Positions 20,406-31,837 are shown, counted from the stretch's first letter. The stretch: 64,000 bases of DNA from an uncultured Arcobacter sp. (GCA_965140705.1 OZ223300.1:1344001-1408000); one strand, 5' to 3'. Numbers and translations are program-made. Notes: generated by a model not told the origin, from the sequence alone.

Positions 20406-21212
20406 TTAATAAAGCCTATAAGTAACATAGATTTTTATTTTAGTAGGTTCTTTGGGTCTTGGATAATCTTTATAGGCTACTTCTATTGTTTGAATTGTAT
20501 TTTCATCTAAAGTTTCATATCCAGAAGAACTTGTAATTATAGGATGAGTTATATCTCCATTAGGATATAAAGTAAACTCAATAATATTCATACCACTTTG
20601 TCTTGTTCTTACTGCAATATCAGGATATCTTAGATATTCTTGCGTAATTCTTCCTATATCTTTTAGATTTTTTTGTAAAAATACTTTTTGTACTTTTGTA
20701 AAAGATTTATATTCTTCCCCATATAGTTTTATATAACTTTGGGTAAGTTTATCTAACATATTCACATCTTGCACAGGCGTTGATAAAAAATCCTCCAAAG
20801 TATCTTTTTGAAGTTTTGTGGGATTTAGTTTTGTATAGTTTGGATTTACTTCACTTTTTTTAATTGGTTTGGGGCTTGTTTTTTTTACTTCTTCTTTTTT
20901 TGCTTTTCTTCTTTTTGCAACTTTTATATCACTTTTTTTTACTTTTTTATAAATAGGTTTCTCTTTTGTAAGTTTTTTAATAGGCTCTTTTTTTTCAACT
21001 TTTTCTTTAGTGATTTCTTTTTTTGGCTCAGTAATTTTAGGTTCAACTTTTTTTTCAACGGATTTTAAAATTACATACTTGATATCTGATTTTTTTGGAT
21101 TTTTAGTACTTGAGGGATTATCTTTAGCTACATCATCTTTTATCTTATATGTTTTGAAAATTAACAGATGTAAAAAGATTGATAAAATTAATGCAGGAAT
21201 AATGTACTTCAT
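20406..21212 (-). CDS. Energy transducer TonB family protein
   Basis: N-terminal TM with SxxxH, Lys/Pro-rich linker, YP..A and SSGY..LD C-terminal domain. Confidence 0.8.
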   Translation of the reverse strand: MKYIIPALILSIFLHLLIFKTYKIKDDVAKDNPSSTKNPKKSDIKYVILKSVEKKVEPKITEPKKEITKEKVEKKEPIKKLTKEKPIYKKVKKSDIKVAKRRKAKKEEVKKTSPKPIKKSEVNPNYTKLNPTKLQKDTLEDFLSTPVQDVNMLDKLTQSYIKLYGEEYKSFTKVQKVFLQKNLKDIGRITQEYLRYPDIAVRTRQSGMNIIEFTLYPNGDITHPIITSSSGYETLDENTIQTIEVAYKDYPRPKEPTKIKIYVTYRLY

Positions 21213-21269
21213 AATTGTATTGTAGTATAATATTGCTTTTAATTTAAAATAAAATATTTAGGAATGTAC

Positions 21270-22550
21270 ATGTTTGAAAAATCAATAAATGCTTATGAAG
21301 ATGCAAAAAAAGTAATCCCTGGTGGAGTTGATTCTCCCGTTCGTGCTTTTAATAGTGTAGGTGGAACTCCTCCATTTATAGCAAGAGGTGAGGGCGCTTA
21401 TTTAATTGATATTGATGGTAATAAGTATTTAGATTTTATTCAAAGTTGGGGACCACTTATTTTTGGACACTGTGATAAAGATATTGAAGAAGCAGTTATA
21501 AGAACTGTAATGGATGGTTTATCATTTGGAGCTCCAAGTGTTTTAGAGACTGAATTAGCACGTGAAATAGTGGAAATGTATGACAATCTTGATAAAGTTA
21601 GATTTGTGAGTAGCGGAACTGAAGCTACTATGAGTGCTATTAGATTAGCAAGAGGTGTTACTGGTAAAAATGATATTTTAAAATTTGAGGGTTGTTATCA
21701 TGGTCACTCTGATTCACTTTTAGTACAAGCTGGATCTGGTATGGCAACATTTGGAACACCAAGTTCTCCTGGAGTACCTGCTGATTTAACTAAACATACA
21801 CTTTTATGTGAATACAATAATATTGAAAATCTTAAAAAGTGTTTTGAACAAAGTTCAGATATTGCTTGTATAATTATTGAACCAATTGCTGGAAATATGG
21901 GTTTTATTCCAGCTGATATTGAGTTCTTAAAAACTTGTAGAGAGATTTGTGATGAAAATAACACTTTACTTATTTACGATGAAGTTATGACAGGGTTTAG
22001 AACTAGTTTAAAAGGTACTAGTGGAATAGTAGAACCTCAAGCTGATATTATTACTTTTGGAAAAGTAATAGGTGCAGGTATGCCTGTAGGTGCTTTTGCA
22101 TCAAGTAAAGAAATCATGGCTCACTTAAGTCCTGATGGAGCTGTTTATCAAGCAGGAACTTTAAGTGGAAATCCAGTTGCAATGGCAGCAGGACTTACAA
22201 GTTTAAGAAAGCTAAAAGCCAATCCAGCTATTTATGATGATTTAAATGCAAAAGCAGTTAGATTGACAACTGGATTAAAAGAAGTAGCTGATAAATATAA
22301 TATTCCATTTCAAGTAAATACAAGAGGAAGTATGTTCGGATTTTTCTTTTGTGATATAGATCCTAAAAACTTCAAAGAAGTAGGAACTTGTAATTTTGAT
22401 AGATTTGCAACTTTTCACCATGGTATGCTAAAAAGAGGTTTCTATTTTGCTTGTAGTCAATATGAAGCAGGATTTATTTCTACTGTTATGACAAATGAAG
22501 ATATTGATGCTTGTATAAAAGCAGCAGATGAAATAATGAAAGATATGTAA
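21270..22550 (+). CDS. hemL: Glutamate-1-semialdehyde 2,1-aminomutase
   Basis: [49 protein letters not shown]. Confidence 0.96.
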   Translation: MFEKSINAYEDAKKVIPGGVDSPVRAFNSVGGTPPFIARGEGAYLIDIDGNKYLDFIQSWGPLIFGHCDKDIEEAVIRTVMDGLSFGAPSVLETELAREIVEMYDNLDKVRFVSSGTEATMSAIRLARGVTGKNDILKFEGCYHGHSDSLLVQAGSGMATFGTPSSPGVPADLTKHTLLCEYNNIENLKKCFEQSSDIACIIIEPIAGNMGFIPADIEFLKTCREICDENNTLLIYDEVMTGFRTSLKGTSGIVEPQADIITFGKVIGAGMPVGAFASSKEIMAHLSPDGAVYQAGTLSGNPVAMAAGLTSLRKLKANPAIYDDLNAKAVRLTTGLKEVADKYNIPFQVNTRGSMFGFFFCDIDPKNFKEVGTCNFDRFATFHHGMLKRGFYFACSQYEAGFISTVMTNEDIDACIKAADEIMKDM

Positions 22551-22559
22551 GGATAAAAA

Positions 22560-22874
22560 ATGGATATTTTTAAAAGTGTTGATTTAGTAAAAAAAGCAAA
22601 TATTTATTTTGATGGAAATGTTACAAGTAGAAGTTTTGTTGATAGTGATGGGGAGAGAAAGTCATTGGGGATAATGATGCCAGGAACTTATAATTTTGGA
22701 ACAGCAGCAGCTGAAATTATGGAAATAGTAAGTGGTGAGTGTGAAGTTAAATTAAATGGTTCAGATGAATGGAAAACATACACAAGTGATACAACTTTTA
22801 AGGTTCCAGCAAATTCTAATTTTGATATTAAAGTTAAAACTGTAACTGATTATTGTTGTTCATATATTAAATAA
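22560..22874 (+). CDS. ppnP: Pyrimidine/purine nucleoside phosphorylase (DUF1255)
   Basis: [27 protein letters not shown]. Confidence 0.88.
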   Translation: MDIFKSVDLVKKANIYFDGNVTSRSFVDSDGERKSLGIMMPGTYNFGTAAAEIMEIVSGECEVKLNGSDEWKTYTSDTTFKVPANSNFDIKVKTVTDYCCSYIK

Positions 22875-22882
22875 GGAATATA

Positions 22883-23194
22883 ATGGAAAATAACACAAAT
22901 AGTAATAAACCAAAACACGAATCAAAATTGGCAGCTTTAGATAATTTATCTTTAGGTATTTCAATGGTTGTTGCCGTATTTATTGGTTTTGCTATTGGAT
23001 ATGGTTTAAAACAATGGACAGGCCTTACTTGGACTTTATGGATAGGAATATTTTTAGGAATTGCAGCAGCTATTTTAAATGTATACAAGGCATATAAAAG
23101 AGCTCAAAAAGAGTATGAGGGAATGGAAAATGATCCAAGATACTCTTATAGAGCAAAACATGGAGATAGAAATTACAGCGACGATGATAATTAA
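22883..23194 (+). CDS. AtpZ/AtpI-family membrane protein
   Basis: LSLGISMVVAVFIG..IGY and GIFLGIAAAILNVYK two-TM pattern. Confidence 0.8.
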   Translation: MENNTNSNKPKHESKLAALDNLSLGISMVVAVFIGFAIGYGLKQWTGLTWTLWIGIFLGIAAAILNVYKAYKRAQKEYEGMENDPRYSYRAKHGDRNYSDDDN

Positions 23195-23714
23195 AAAGTT
23201 TGCCAAACTATTTTTCATAATAGATTTTATAGTAATTGTTTTTTGTATTTTATCAAATAACTATATTTGGCTTTTTAATACACAAGTTGCTTTTATCTCT
23301 TCTATGTTTATCTCACTTGCAACATTTCTTTCGTATAAAAGAAATGTTAGCAAGAGATTGGAAAATGTAGATTATGATCCTGAACTTTCAAATGATAGGG
23401 ATGAAATTGATAAAATCGATGATCCTTATGATTTATATGATGAACAAGAAATAAATCAACAAAAAGAGTTCACAGCATTAGAGATTAAAAATATAATCAA
23501 AGAAGAGAAATCAAAGGTAAAACAAAATACCTTTAAAAATACAATTTATAGTAGTACAAGCTTTATATCAATATATAGAATTTTAGGATATGTTGTACTT
23601 ATATTTGGTTTTTTTCTTTTAAATAATAATGGGATATTTCATGTAGTATCATATCTCGCAGGACTTTTTATTGTCCCACTAGCAATGATTTTTTCTAAAT
23701 TTATTTTAAAATAA
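23184..23714 (+). CDS. Four-TM membrane protein (ATP synthase I-like partner)
   Basis: Hydrophobic segments with acidic loop; overlaps the atpZ stop; ATG at 23184. Confidence 0.55.
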   Translation: MIIKKFAKLFFIIDFIVIVFCILSNNYIWLFNTQVAFISSMFISLATFLSYKRNVSKRLENVDYDPELSNDRDEIDKIDDPYDLYDEQEINQQKEFTALEIKNIIKEEKSKVKQNTFKNTIYSSTSFISIYRILGYVVLIFGFFLLNNNGIFHVVSYLAGLFIVPLAMIFSKFILK

Positions 23715-24396
23715 GAGGTAAGTCTATGATTGCTTTTTCTCTTTCTAGGGTCAAAATCATAGAGCTTCTATTTTTGTCATGTTTTACTGCACCCATATTA
23801 TACTGCTCATAGTTATCAGCATAAATCTCTATAGTAACTAAAGAGTGTTTCCTATCATCAAGTTTTATATATTCACCTGTCTTTAATTTTACAGAAGTAT
23901 TTAGTATCTTACAATTATTATCAAAAGCATCATATATACTATTTAACAGTTTTAGAAAATCAGAAGCAACCATCAAAAATTCAGGAATAGATGGATCATA
24001 ATTTTTTATAAATTTTATTTCTGATTTGGTTTTTCTAGTAGATATAGTTAAATCTACTAGAGTGAAAATATTTGTTTTAGTAGTATTTTTTGGTGCATAT
24101 TTTTTATCTTGTTTTACACTTGTACTTTTGTATAACTTCATATGGATTTCATCATCATTTTCATAAGTAACTGAAATAGCATAAAAAGTGTAGTTGTGTA
24201 AAGTTAAGTTTATATATGAGGTTTCAAAGCCATAGTTCGCAGGTGCATATTTTAGTGCCATATCATAAAGTTGCTCTTTTTTTACTCTATTAAGTAAAAA
24301 TTGAGCTTCTTGATTAGTATGTATTATTTTACCTTGAGAAGAGAAAGATAAAATAGGATTTAAATCTTGCTCTACCCAATTATCGTTAATAGTCAT
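23701..24396 (-). CDS. PAS + degenerate HATPase protein (NtrB-like, no H-box)
   Basis: PAS-like start (NPILSFSSQGKIIHTNQEAQFLL) and KNYDPSIPE motif. Confidence 0.55.
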   Translation of the reverse strand: MTINDNWVEQDLNPILSFSSQGKIIHTNQEAQFLLNRVKKEQLYDMALKYAPANYGFETSYINLTLHNYTFYAISVTYENDDEIHMKLYKSTSVKQDKKYAPKNTTKTNIFTLVDLTISTRKTKSEIKFIKNYDPSIPEFLMVASDFLKLLNSIYDAFDNNCKILNTSVKLKTGEYIKLDDRKHSLVTIEIYADNYEQYNMGAVKHDKNRSSMILTLEREKAIIDLPLILK

Positions 24397-24402
24397 TAAT
24401 TA

Positions 24403-26283
24403 TTAGCTTTCTACGTAATTCTTAAGATTTTTTCCAACTTTTGGATGTTTTAATTTTTTAATTGCACTTGATTCTATCTGTCTTACTCTCTCTCTTGTAA
24501 CACTTAACTCTTTTCCTATTTCTTCAAGAGTTCTATCACTTGCATCATCCATAAGTCCAAATCTCATTCTAACAACTGCTTGTTCTCTTTCATTTAGTTG
24601 TGCTAATATTTGGTCAATTTGATTTTGTAAATCTTCTTTCATAATATTATCAACTGGTGTTGGAGCTTTATCATCAGGTACAAAGTCTCCAAATTTACCA
24701 TCTTCATCAGATCCTATTGGAGCTTCTAAAGATACGGGTTCTTTTGTGATTTTAATTACTTGTTTTACTTTATCAACAGGAAGTCCAACTTCTTTTGCGA
24801 TTTCATCCACATTTGGCTCTTTCCCATTTTCTTGAATACCTTTTCTAATAATCTTATTGATTCTATTTATAGTCTCAATCATATGAATTGGAATTCTAAT
24901 AGTTCTAGCTTGGTCAGCAATGGCTCTTGAAATTGCTTGTCTAATCCACCATGTTGCATAAGTAGAAAATTTATAACCTTTTTTATACTCAAATTTATCA
25001 ACAGCTTTCATAAGACCAATATTTCCTTCTTGGATTAGGTCTAAGAAAGGTAAACCTCTATTTGTGTATCTTTTTGCGATAGAAACAACAAGTCTAAGGT
25101 TTGATTTAGCCATTCTTGTTTTTGCCTCATCAGTGATTTTTTTACCACGTTTAATTTGCTCTAATACGTCAATTAACTCTTCTGGTTCTAAGTCAAATCC
25201 ACCTTTAGAAGCTTCTGCTGTTTGGAAAAGTTTTTTGATTTCCATATAAGTAGAAACCATAGTTGCTTCTGGAACCATTGAAGTAATTTGTATTTTAGAC
25301 AAATTAATAATATTTTCTAATAGTTTTTCATGGTTTTTCTTCAAAGTGTCATTAAAAAGCGGTAATTTATACTCTAATCTTTTTAATTCAGATTCAAAAC
25401 CTGTATCTGATTTAAGAGCAGTTTCCATAGCTTTTACAATTTCTGTAATAAGTTTAGAAGTTGGTCCTAAATCAATTAAGGCTTGTTTTAATACTTGTTT
25501 TTTAAATGCAGTTGCAAGATTGAATGAAATAACATCAAACTCTTCATCTGATTTTGCTGTTTCTTTTGATTGGAATTTTATCCAGTCTTTTTTTGCTTTT
25601 TCTAATATTTTAAATGCAGCAATAATAGTTTCTGCTCTTTTATCTAGTTTCTTTTGCTTTTTACCACTAGTCTCTTCTTCTGTCTCTTCAATCTCTTCTG
25701 CATCATCACTTGAAGCATCTTCTGTATCATCATCATCTGAATCACTATCATTATCTTCATCATCAAAATTTCTGAAAAGCTCTTTTACTTTTCTTTCTCT
25801 ATTCACTAGAGGTTCTTTATACTCTAATATAAAATCAACTAAGTATGGGACAAAACAAATAGCATCAAGAATTATATCTTCTCCCATCTCAATTTTTTTA
25901 GAGATTTCTATTTCTTCTTCTTTTGTAAGTAATGGGATTTGTCCCATTTCTCTTAAGTACATTCTAACAGGAGAATCAGATCTTGACCACTCCAAAAGTT
26001 CTTTGTTTTTTAGTAAGTCATAAACATTGTCCTCACCACCGTCAATCATCTTGTTTCGTTGGTCTTCTCTTTTTTTAGCTTCAACAGCATTCATAACTTT
26101 TGCTTGCTCTTGAGCTGTCATCATGTTTACATTATATAGTTGCATTAAAGCAATTAGTTTTTTGATATTTTGACTTGAGGGAGCTTTAGGAAAAAGCTTA
26201 ATAACTTTTTCAAAAGTTAAGGTAGAATCTTTATACTCTTTTGCTAATTTTTCAATTTCTTTATTTAAATCTTTTGCACTCAT
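24403..26283 (-). CDS. rpoD: RNA polymerase sigma factor RpoD
   Basis: DSPVRMYLREMG, NLRLVVSIAKRY, KFSTYATWWIRQAI, TRERVRQIE. Confidence 0.98.
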   Translation of the reverse strand: MSAKDLNKEIEKLAKEYKDSTLTFEKVIKLFPKAPSSQNIKKLIALMQLYNVNMMTAQEQAKVMNAVEAKKREDQRNKMIDGGEDNVYDLLKNKELLEWSRSDSPVRMYLREMGQIPLLTKEEEIEISKKIEMGEDIILDAICFVPYLVDFILEYKEPLVNRERKVKELFRNFDDEDNDSDSDDDDTEDASSDDAEEIEETEEETSGKKQKKLDKRAETIIAAFKILEKAKKDWIKFQSKETAKSDEEFDVISFNLATAFKKQVLKQALIDLGPTSKLITEIVKAMETALKSDTGFESELKRLEYKLPLFNDTLKKNHEKLLENIINLSKIQITSMVPEATMVSTYMEIKKLFQTAEASKGGFDLEPEELIDVLEQIKRGKKITDEAKTRMAKSNLRLVVSIAKRYTNRGLPFLDLIQEGNIGLMKAVDKFEYKKGYKFSTYATWWIRQAISRAIADQARTIRIPIHMIETINRINKIIRKGIQENGKEPNVDEIAKEVGLPVDKVKQVIKITKEPVSLEAPIGSDEDGKFGDFVPDDKAPTPVDNIMKEDLQNQIDQILAQLNEREQAVVRMRFGLMDDASDRTLEEIGKELSVTRERVRQIESSAIKKLKHPKVGKNLKNYVES

Positions 26284-26487
26284 GTTTTTTGTACGTTCCT
26301 TGCTTGAAAGATAAGTCAGATATTATACCCAAAATTGCTAAAATAACTATTAATTTTTGATGTTTAATCTATTATTTCTAAATTTTTAGATAAAATTCGA
26401 CTTTGCAAGAAGATAAAAATTATTAAAAGAAAAATAAATTTTGATCATTAAGTGTCATTTATTTTTTAATTTTGAAGGACTAAAAAC

Positions 26488-26988
26488 ATGAGTAAAATTA
26501 CTGGTAAAGTATGGAATTTTGGGGCAAATATTGATACTGATATTATTATTGCAGCTAGATATTTAAATAGCTCAGATCCAGAGCATTTAGCTAAATATAT
26601 TATGGAAGATGCTGATCCAGAATTTCCAAAAAAATTACAAAAAGGTGACATTATTGTCGCTGGAGAAAATTTTGGATGTGGAAGTTCAAGAGAACATGCT
26701 CCTATTGCTTTAAAAGCTGCTGGAGTTGCTGCCGTTGTTGCACCATCTTTTGCTAGAATTTTTTATAGAAATGCATTTAATATGGGATTACCAATTTTTG
26801 AATTACCTGAATCTTTAGAGATAAAAGAAGGGGAAGAGATTTCAATTGATTTAGATAATGGTGAGATTACTAATAATACACAAAATAAAACATATAAATT
26901 TACAGCTATTCCTCCTTTTATGCAAGAATTAATTGCAAGTGGTGGATTAATCAATTATGCAAAAGCTGAAATGGGTAAGGATAAATAA
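26488..26988 (+). CDS. leuD: 3-isopropylmalate dehydratase small subunit (short type)
   Basis: [27 protein letters not shown]. Confidence 0.92.
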   Translation: MSKITGKVWNFGANIDTDIIIAARYLNSSDPEHLAKYIMEDADPEFPKKLQKGDIIVAGENFGCGSSREHAPIALKAAGVAAVVAPSFARIFYRNAFNMGLPIFELPESLEIKEGEEISIDLDNGEITNNTQNKTYKFTAIPPFMQELIASGGLINYAKAEMGKDK

Positions 26989-26990
26989 CA

Positions 26991-28058
26991 ATGAAGACAT
27001 ATAATATTTCAGTAATAAAAGGTGATGGTATAGGACCTGAAATAGTTGATGAAGCTATAAAAGTTTTAGATGCGGTTTCTTATAATTGTGGATTTCAATT
27101 AGAGTATAAAGAGTATTTAATGGGTGGAATTGCCATTGATATGACTGGTGTTCCTCTTCCTGAAGAGACAGTTCAAGGTGTATTAAATTCTGATGCTTGT
27201 TTATTTGGTGCAATTGGTGGAGAAAAATGGGATACTTTACCAAGGGATTTAAGACCAGAAACTGGACTTTTAAAATTCAGAGAAGCGATGGGTGTTTATG
27301 CAAATTTAAGACCTGCTATTATTTATGACGAACTTGTAAATGCTTCAACATTAAAACCTGAAGTTATTGAGGGTGTTGATATTATGGTTGTAAGAGAGCT
27401 TATTGGTGGTATTTATTTTGGACAACCAAGAGAAAATGATGGTTTTAAAGCATATAATACTATGGTTTATACAAAACCAGAAATAGAAAGAATTGGTAAA
27501 CAAGCATTTGAATTAGCTATGAAAAGAGATAAAAGAGTTTGTTCTGTAGATAAAGCAAATGTTCTTGAAGTTTCTCAACTTTGGAGAGATACTATGGAAG
27601 AAGTAGCTCGTGATTATCCAGAAGTTAAATTATCTCATATGTATGTTGATAATGCTGCTATGCAACTTGTTAGAAATCCAAAACAATTTGATGTAATAGT
27701 AACTGGAAATATTTTTGGTGATATTTTATCTGATACTGCTTCTATGGTAGTTGGTTCTATTGGATTATTACCAAGTGCTAGTACAGGTGATAAAACAGCT
27801 ATTTATGAACCAATTCATGGTTCAGCTCCTGATATTGCAGGACAAGGAATTGCAAATCCTATTGCAACAATAGAGAGTGCTGGTATGATGCTTAGATACT
27901 CTTTAGGTGAAATTGAAGCGGCTGATTTAATCGATGGCGCTATTAAAAAAGCACTAAAAGATGGATTTAGAACAAAAGATTTAGCAGCATACGATGCTAA
28001 AGAAGTAGTTACAACATCTGAGATGGGTGATATAATTGCAAATAATTTAAGAAAATAG
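26991..28058 (+). CDS. leuB: 3-isopropylmalate dehydrogenase
   Basis: [35 protein letters not shown]. Confidence 0.96.
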   Translation: MKTYNISVIKGDGIGPEIVDEAIKVLDAVSYNCGFQLEYKEYLMGGIAIDMTGVPLPEETVQGVLNSDACLFGAIGGEKWDTLPRDLRPETGLLKFREAMGVYANLRPAIIYDELVNASTLKPEVIEGVDIMVVRELIGGIYFGQPRENDGFKAYNTMVYTKPEIERIGKQAFELAMKRDKRVCSVDKANVLEVSQLWRDTMEEVARDYPEVKLSHMYVDNAAMQLVRNPKQFDVIVTGNIFGDILSDTASMVVGSIGLLPSASTGDKTAIYEPIHGSAPDIAGQGIANPIATIESAGMMLRYSLGEIEAADLIDGAIKKALKDGFRTKDLAAYDAKEVVTTSEMGDIIANNLRK

Positions 28059-28128
28059 TAACTAAAATATTTCTTATTTATAATTAAAATGTTAAAATTA
28101 AAAAAATAATTTTTTAAAGGTATCTTTG

Positions 28129-29058
28129 ATGGGTGAAAAAAAATATAGATTGATTACAAGAAGTGATATGGATGGACTAGTGTGTGGTACGCTACTTACA
28201 TATCTTGATTTGATTGATGATATTTTATTTGTCCATCCTAAAGATATGCAAGATGGACTTATAGAAGTAAGTTCAAATGATATAACTACAAATTTACCTT
28301 ATGTTGAAGGTGTACATTTAGCTTTTGATCATCACTATAGTGAAACTTTGAGAAATAAAAAAAGAGATAATCATATTATTAATCCTGATGCTCCTAGTGC
28401 TGCACAGGTTGTATATGATTATTATGGTGGAGATGAAGTTTATCCTATGAGATTTATAGGCATGATGAAAGGTGCCAATAAAGCAGATAGTGCTGATTTT
28501 ACAATGGAAGATATTCTAGAACCACGAGCTTGGGCACTTTTGAGTTTTATTATGGATTCTAGAACAGGACTTGGTAGATTTAAAGATTTTGAAACTTCAA
28601 ATAAACAATTGATGAGAAATCTAATTGATTATTGTGCTAAACATAATATTGATGAAATTTTAGAAATTGATGAAGTAAAACAAAGAGTTGATCTTTATTT
28701 TAAATATGAAAAAGAGTTCCATGAGCAACTAAAAAAATGTACAACAATACATGGTAATGTTGCAGTTATAGATTATAAAGATGAAGAAATAATTTATCCA
28801 GGGAATAGATTTTTAGTATATGCTATGTATCCAGAGGTAAATGTCTCTATTCATGTTAGTTATACTTTTGATAGGGATAAACTAGTTTTTTCAACTGGTA
28901 AATCAATCATAAATAAAACCTCAAATACAAATGTTGGTGAACTTATGCTTAAATATGGAGGCGGTGGTCACAAAGCTGCTGGTGGATGCCAAATACCTTT
29001 AGCAGATGCTCCTAAAGTATTAGAAGAGATTATTGCAAAGTTAAATCAAGACGGTTGA
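28129..29058 (+). CDS. DHH/DHHA1 phosphoesterase (NanoRNase B/exopolyphosphatase-like)
   Basis: TRSDMDG, FDHH, GGGGH motifs. Confidence 0.8.
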   Translation: MGEKKYRLITRSDMDGLVCGTLLTYLDLIDDILFVHPKDMQDGLIEVSSNDITTNLPYVEGVHLAFDHHYSETLRNKKRDNHIINPDAPSAAQVVYDYYGGDEVYPMRFIGMMKGANKADSADFTMEDILEPRAWALLSFIMDSRTGLGRFKDFETSNKQLMRNLIDYCAKHNIDEILEIDEVKQRVDLYFKYEKEFHEQLKKCTTIHGNVAVIDYKDEEIIYPGNRFLVYAMYPEVNVSIHVSYTFDRDKLVFSTGKSIINKTSNTNVGELMLKYGGGGHKAAGGCQIPLADAPKVLEEIIAKLNQDG

Positions 29059-29414
29059 TTTAACTTCTCTTTTACTAATTTATAAAACTCTTTAAAATCT
29101 TTTAATTTTAATTTACCTTCTCTTTGCATTTTCCCCCACATAGGTTCAGGGAAATAAGAATCTTCTTTAAATCTTGCCATTATATGAAAATGTACATGGG
29201 GAACATAGTTTCCAAAAGATGCAATATTTATTTTTTCTGGATTAAAATAACTTATCATCTCTTTTTCAATAATATCTAAAGCTCTTAATATCTCCATTTT
29301 AGTCTCTTGATTACACTCACTAAACTCTTTTAACTCTTTTTGAGTAAAAATTTTTAGCCAAGGTATCTCACTTTTTTCGATTTCTACTCTTATTAAACTA
29401 TTCTCATAAATCAT
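29046..29414 (-). CDS. HIT-family nucleotide hydrolase
   Basis: KINIASFGNYVPHVHFH histidine triad. Confidence 0.88.
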   Translation of the reverse strand: MIYENSLIRVEIEKSEIPWLKIFTQKELKEFSECNQETKMEILRALDIIEKEMISYFNPEKINIASFGNYVPHVHFHIMARFKEDSYFPEPMWGKMQREGKLKLKDFKEFYKLVKEKLNQPS

Positions 29415-29422
29415 TTTTTTTC

Positions 29423-31837
29423 CTAAATATTATTAAAATCAACTGTAATCTCATCCATTTGTTCTTCACTTAAATATTTATTTGCATAATCTAAGTGAAG
29501 ATTATTATCAACAAAAAATTTAACTATATCTCTATCTAAATGTTGATCTTTTATCATAAATGATAAGATTTTAAGTGAAGTATTAAGTGAATTTGCTTTT
29601 TTATATGGTCTATCATTTGCAGTTAGTGCTTCAAATACATCTGCAACTGCAAGTATTTTATCTTCTATTGTCATAGGTAAATCAAGAATTTCAGGAGCTG
29701 AATAACCACCACCTTTTACCATTTTGTGATGAGAACCAGCGATTACAGGAACCCTTTTTAGTTTTTTAGGGAAAGGCATAGTCTCTAACATTTTATAAGA
29801 TACTGTAACATGGTTGTTTATTATATCCCTTTCTTCATTTGTTAAAGTACCTTTTTTGATACATAAATTATATACTTCATCTTCACTAAGTAAGTTTGTA
29901 TCTTCACCATTTATTTTAAGTTTTTGTTTTGCAATCTCTTTTATTCTTTCAATTTTTTCGTCTTCCATAAATTCACCACCTGTATTACATGAAATAACAA
30001 AATCAAGATCTTCTTCTAAAGAAGTAATTTTATTTTGAAAAGCTATTGTTAATTGTTCTTTTTCTTTTACAGATGAAGTGTTTGAGATTTTTTTGTAATA
30101 TTCCAATTCATAATCTTTTTTAACAATTTCAAATTTTGCTTTTACAGTATTTACTCTGTCATAAATTGTTTCTAGTTTTTTACCTTTATCTACAACATAT
30201 TCAGGGGTAACAATTTTCCCAATATCATGAAGCCAAGCAGCTCTACTCATTTGTTTTATTTCATCTGGTGTAAAATTAATATCTTTAAATACTGTTGTAT
30301 CATCATTTATTGCTTTTGTTAGAGTTTCTGCTATCTCTGCAACTCTATTAATATGACCACCTGTATATTCAGATTTTTCACCAATAGCTGTCGCAATTGA
30401 TTTAATAAAAGAGTCCAATAAGTTTTCTAATTCTGTAATTAATCTATTATTAGTAATTGAAACAGCAGCTTGTGAAGCCATTGACTCTATTAGTTGTTTA
30501 TCATCATTTGTAAAAGTAATAGTATTTCCCTCATCATCCATCTTATTTAATAATTGAAGTACTCCTATTACGTCATCATCATGGTTCTTCATAGGAATTA
30601 CAAGCATCGATTTTGTTCTATATCCTGTTGATTCATCAAATTTTTTTGTACCTTCAAAGTTGAAGTCTTTTGTTTCATAAACATCAGGAATATTAATTAA
30701 TTTCCCCTCTAGGGCACAAAGGGCTGCAACCATTTGTTCATTTTTTGTACCATCTTCTTTATATAAAGGTAACTCTGGCCATGTTATTTTACCCTCTGTT
30801 CCTCCCATTTTAATACTTAAGGAGTCAGTCTGTACAACTTGAAACTTCAACCTTTTTTCATCTTCTGTTACTAAATAAAGAGTTCCTCCATCAGCATCAG
30901 AAAACTCTTTTGCCCCTAAAAGTATCTTTTCCATTAGAACGTCAAAGTTTTTTTCACTTGTAAGTGATTTCCCAATATCAATTAGTTTCTTTATCTCTTT
31001 TTTGTTTATATTAGTTCTATTGGCATTGTATGATAAGTATTCATTAGATAATGAAATTACATCGCCATCATCTAATATTTTACCCTCATTAAGAAGTAAG
31101 TTATAATCCTGAATCTCTTTTCTTAAAATTTTGCTATAGGCAGGTTTTATGTGATTTATATAAACTCTTATATCATCTCTTTTTAGTTTTTTTAATTGTT
31201 CACTTAATAAAGCAGGAGTTAAATGCTTACTATCAAAAGCTAACTGCTTAAATTGTGAAGGAAAAGATACATCAATTATTATAGACTTAATAGTTAAATC
31301 ATTATTTATAGTTTCCCAAATGGAATCACAACAATAAGTATCTGATGAAAAAAGTAGAGAATTTTCATTTTTAGTAATTATGTATCCGCAACTAGAATTT
31401 GTATGATTGTTTTTTATTACAGTAATTTTTGTATCATCATCTAAGATAATTGTTTCATTTATTTCAATTGGTTTAAAAACAATAGTTTTAAATTTTTTAT
31501 TAAGTAATTCAATTTCAGAGAAATCAGGCCAAATTTCCCAATTTAAGATATATTTTCGTAAATTTTCTAAAGTTTTTTTTGTTCCATAGATTGTAATTGG
31601 TTTTTTTCTTTTTTCAAAAAAGATATCAAGTATATATGGTATATCATTTAAGTGATCCAAATGGGAATGGGTTAGAAATATATTATCAATGTATTCAGCT
31701 TCAGGTCCCAAACCTTTTACAATATTTCCAGCATCAATAACACTATTTGTATTTATTTGTATACAAGTGGTACTTGAATCTAGACTTTTACTCCCATAGG
31801 CACCTAGGACTTTTATAGAGTTTTTCATTACTTTCAT
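29423..31837 (-). CDS. Fusion: metallo-beta-lactamase (class II cNMP PDE-like) + GAF + HD-GYP phosphodiesterase
   Basis: THSHLDH; GAF with ADGGTLY and YRTKSMLVIPM; WLHDIGK, HHKMVKGGGYS, VADVFEALTANDRPYK; ATG 31837 after ggag. Confidence 0.85.
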   Translation of the reverse strand: MKVMKNSIKVLGAYGSKSLDSSTTCIQINTNSVIDAGNIVKGLGPEAEYIDNIFLTHSHLDHLNDIPYILDIFFEKRKKPITIYGTKKTLENLRKYILNWEIWPDFSEIELLNKKFKTIVFKPIEINETIILDDDTKITVIKNNHTNSSCGYIITKNENSLLFSSDTYCCDSIWETINNDLTIKSIIIDVSFPSQFKQLAFDSKHLTPALLSEQLKKLKRDDIRVYINHIKPAYSKILRKEIQDYNLLLNEGKILDDGDVISLSNEYLSYNANRTNINKKEIKKLIDIGKSLTSEKNFDVLMEKILLGAKEFSDADGGTLYLVTEDEKRLKFQVVQTDSLSIKMGGTEGKITWPELPLYKEDGTKNEQMVAALCALEGKLINIPDVYETKDFNFEGTKKFDESTGYRTKSMLVIPMKNHDDDVIGVLQLLNKMDDEGNTITFTNDDKQLIESMASQAAVSITNNRLITELENLLDSFIKSIATAIGEKSEYTGGHINRVAEIAETLTKAINDDTTVFKDINFTPDEIKQMSRAAWLHDIGKIVTPEYVVDKGKKLETIYDRVNTVKAKFEIVKKDYELEYYKKISNTSSVKEKEQLTIAFQNKITSLEEDLDFVISCNTGGEFMEDEKIERIKEIAKQKLKINGEDTNLLSEDEVYNLCIKKGTLTNEERDIINNHVTVSYKMLETMPFPKKLKRVPVIAGSHHKMVKGGGYSAPEILDLPMTIEDKILAVADVFEALTANDRPYKKANSLNTSLKILSFMIKDQHLDRDIVKFFVDNNLHLDYANKYLSEEQMDEITVDFNNI

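Noticed and set aside
25346..26023. 225-aa + strand ORF
   Set aside because: Antisense shadow of rpoD; the Ser-rich text mirrors its acidic region
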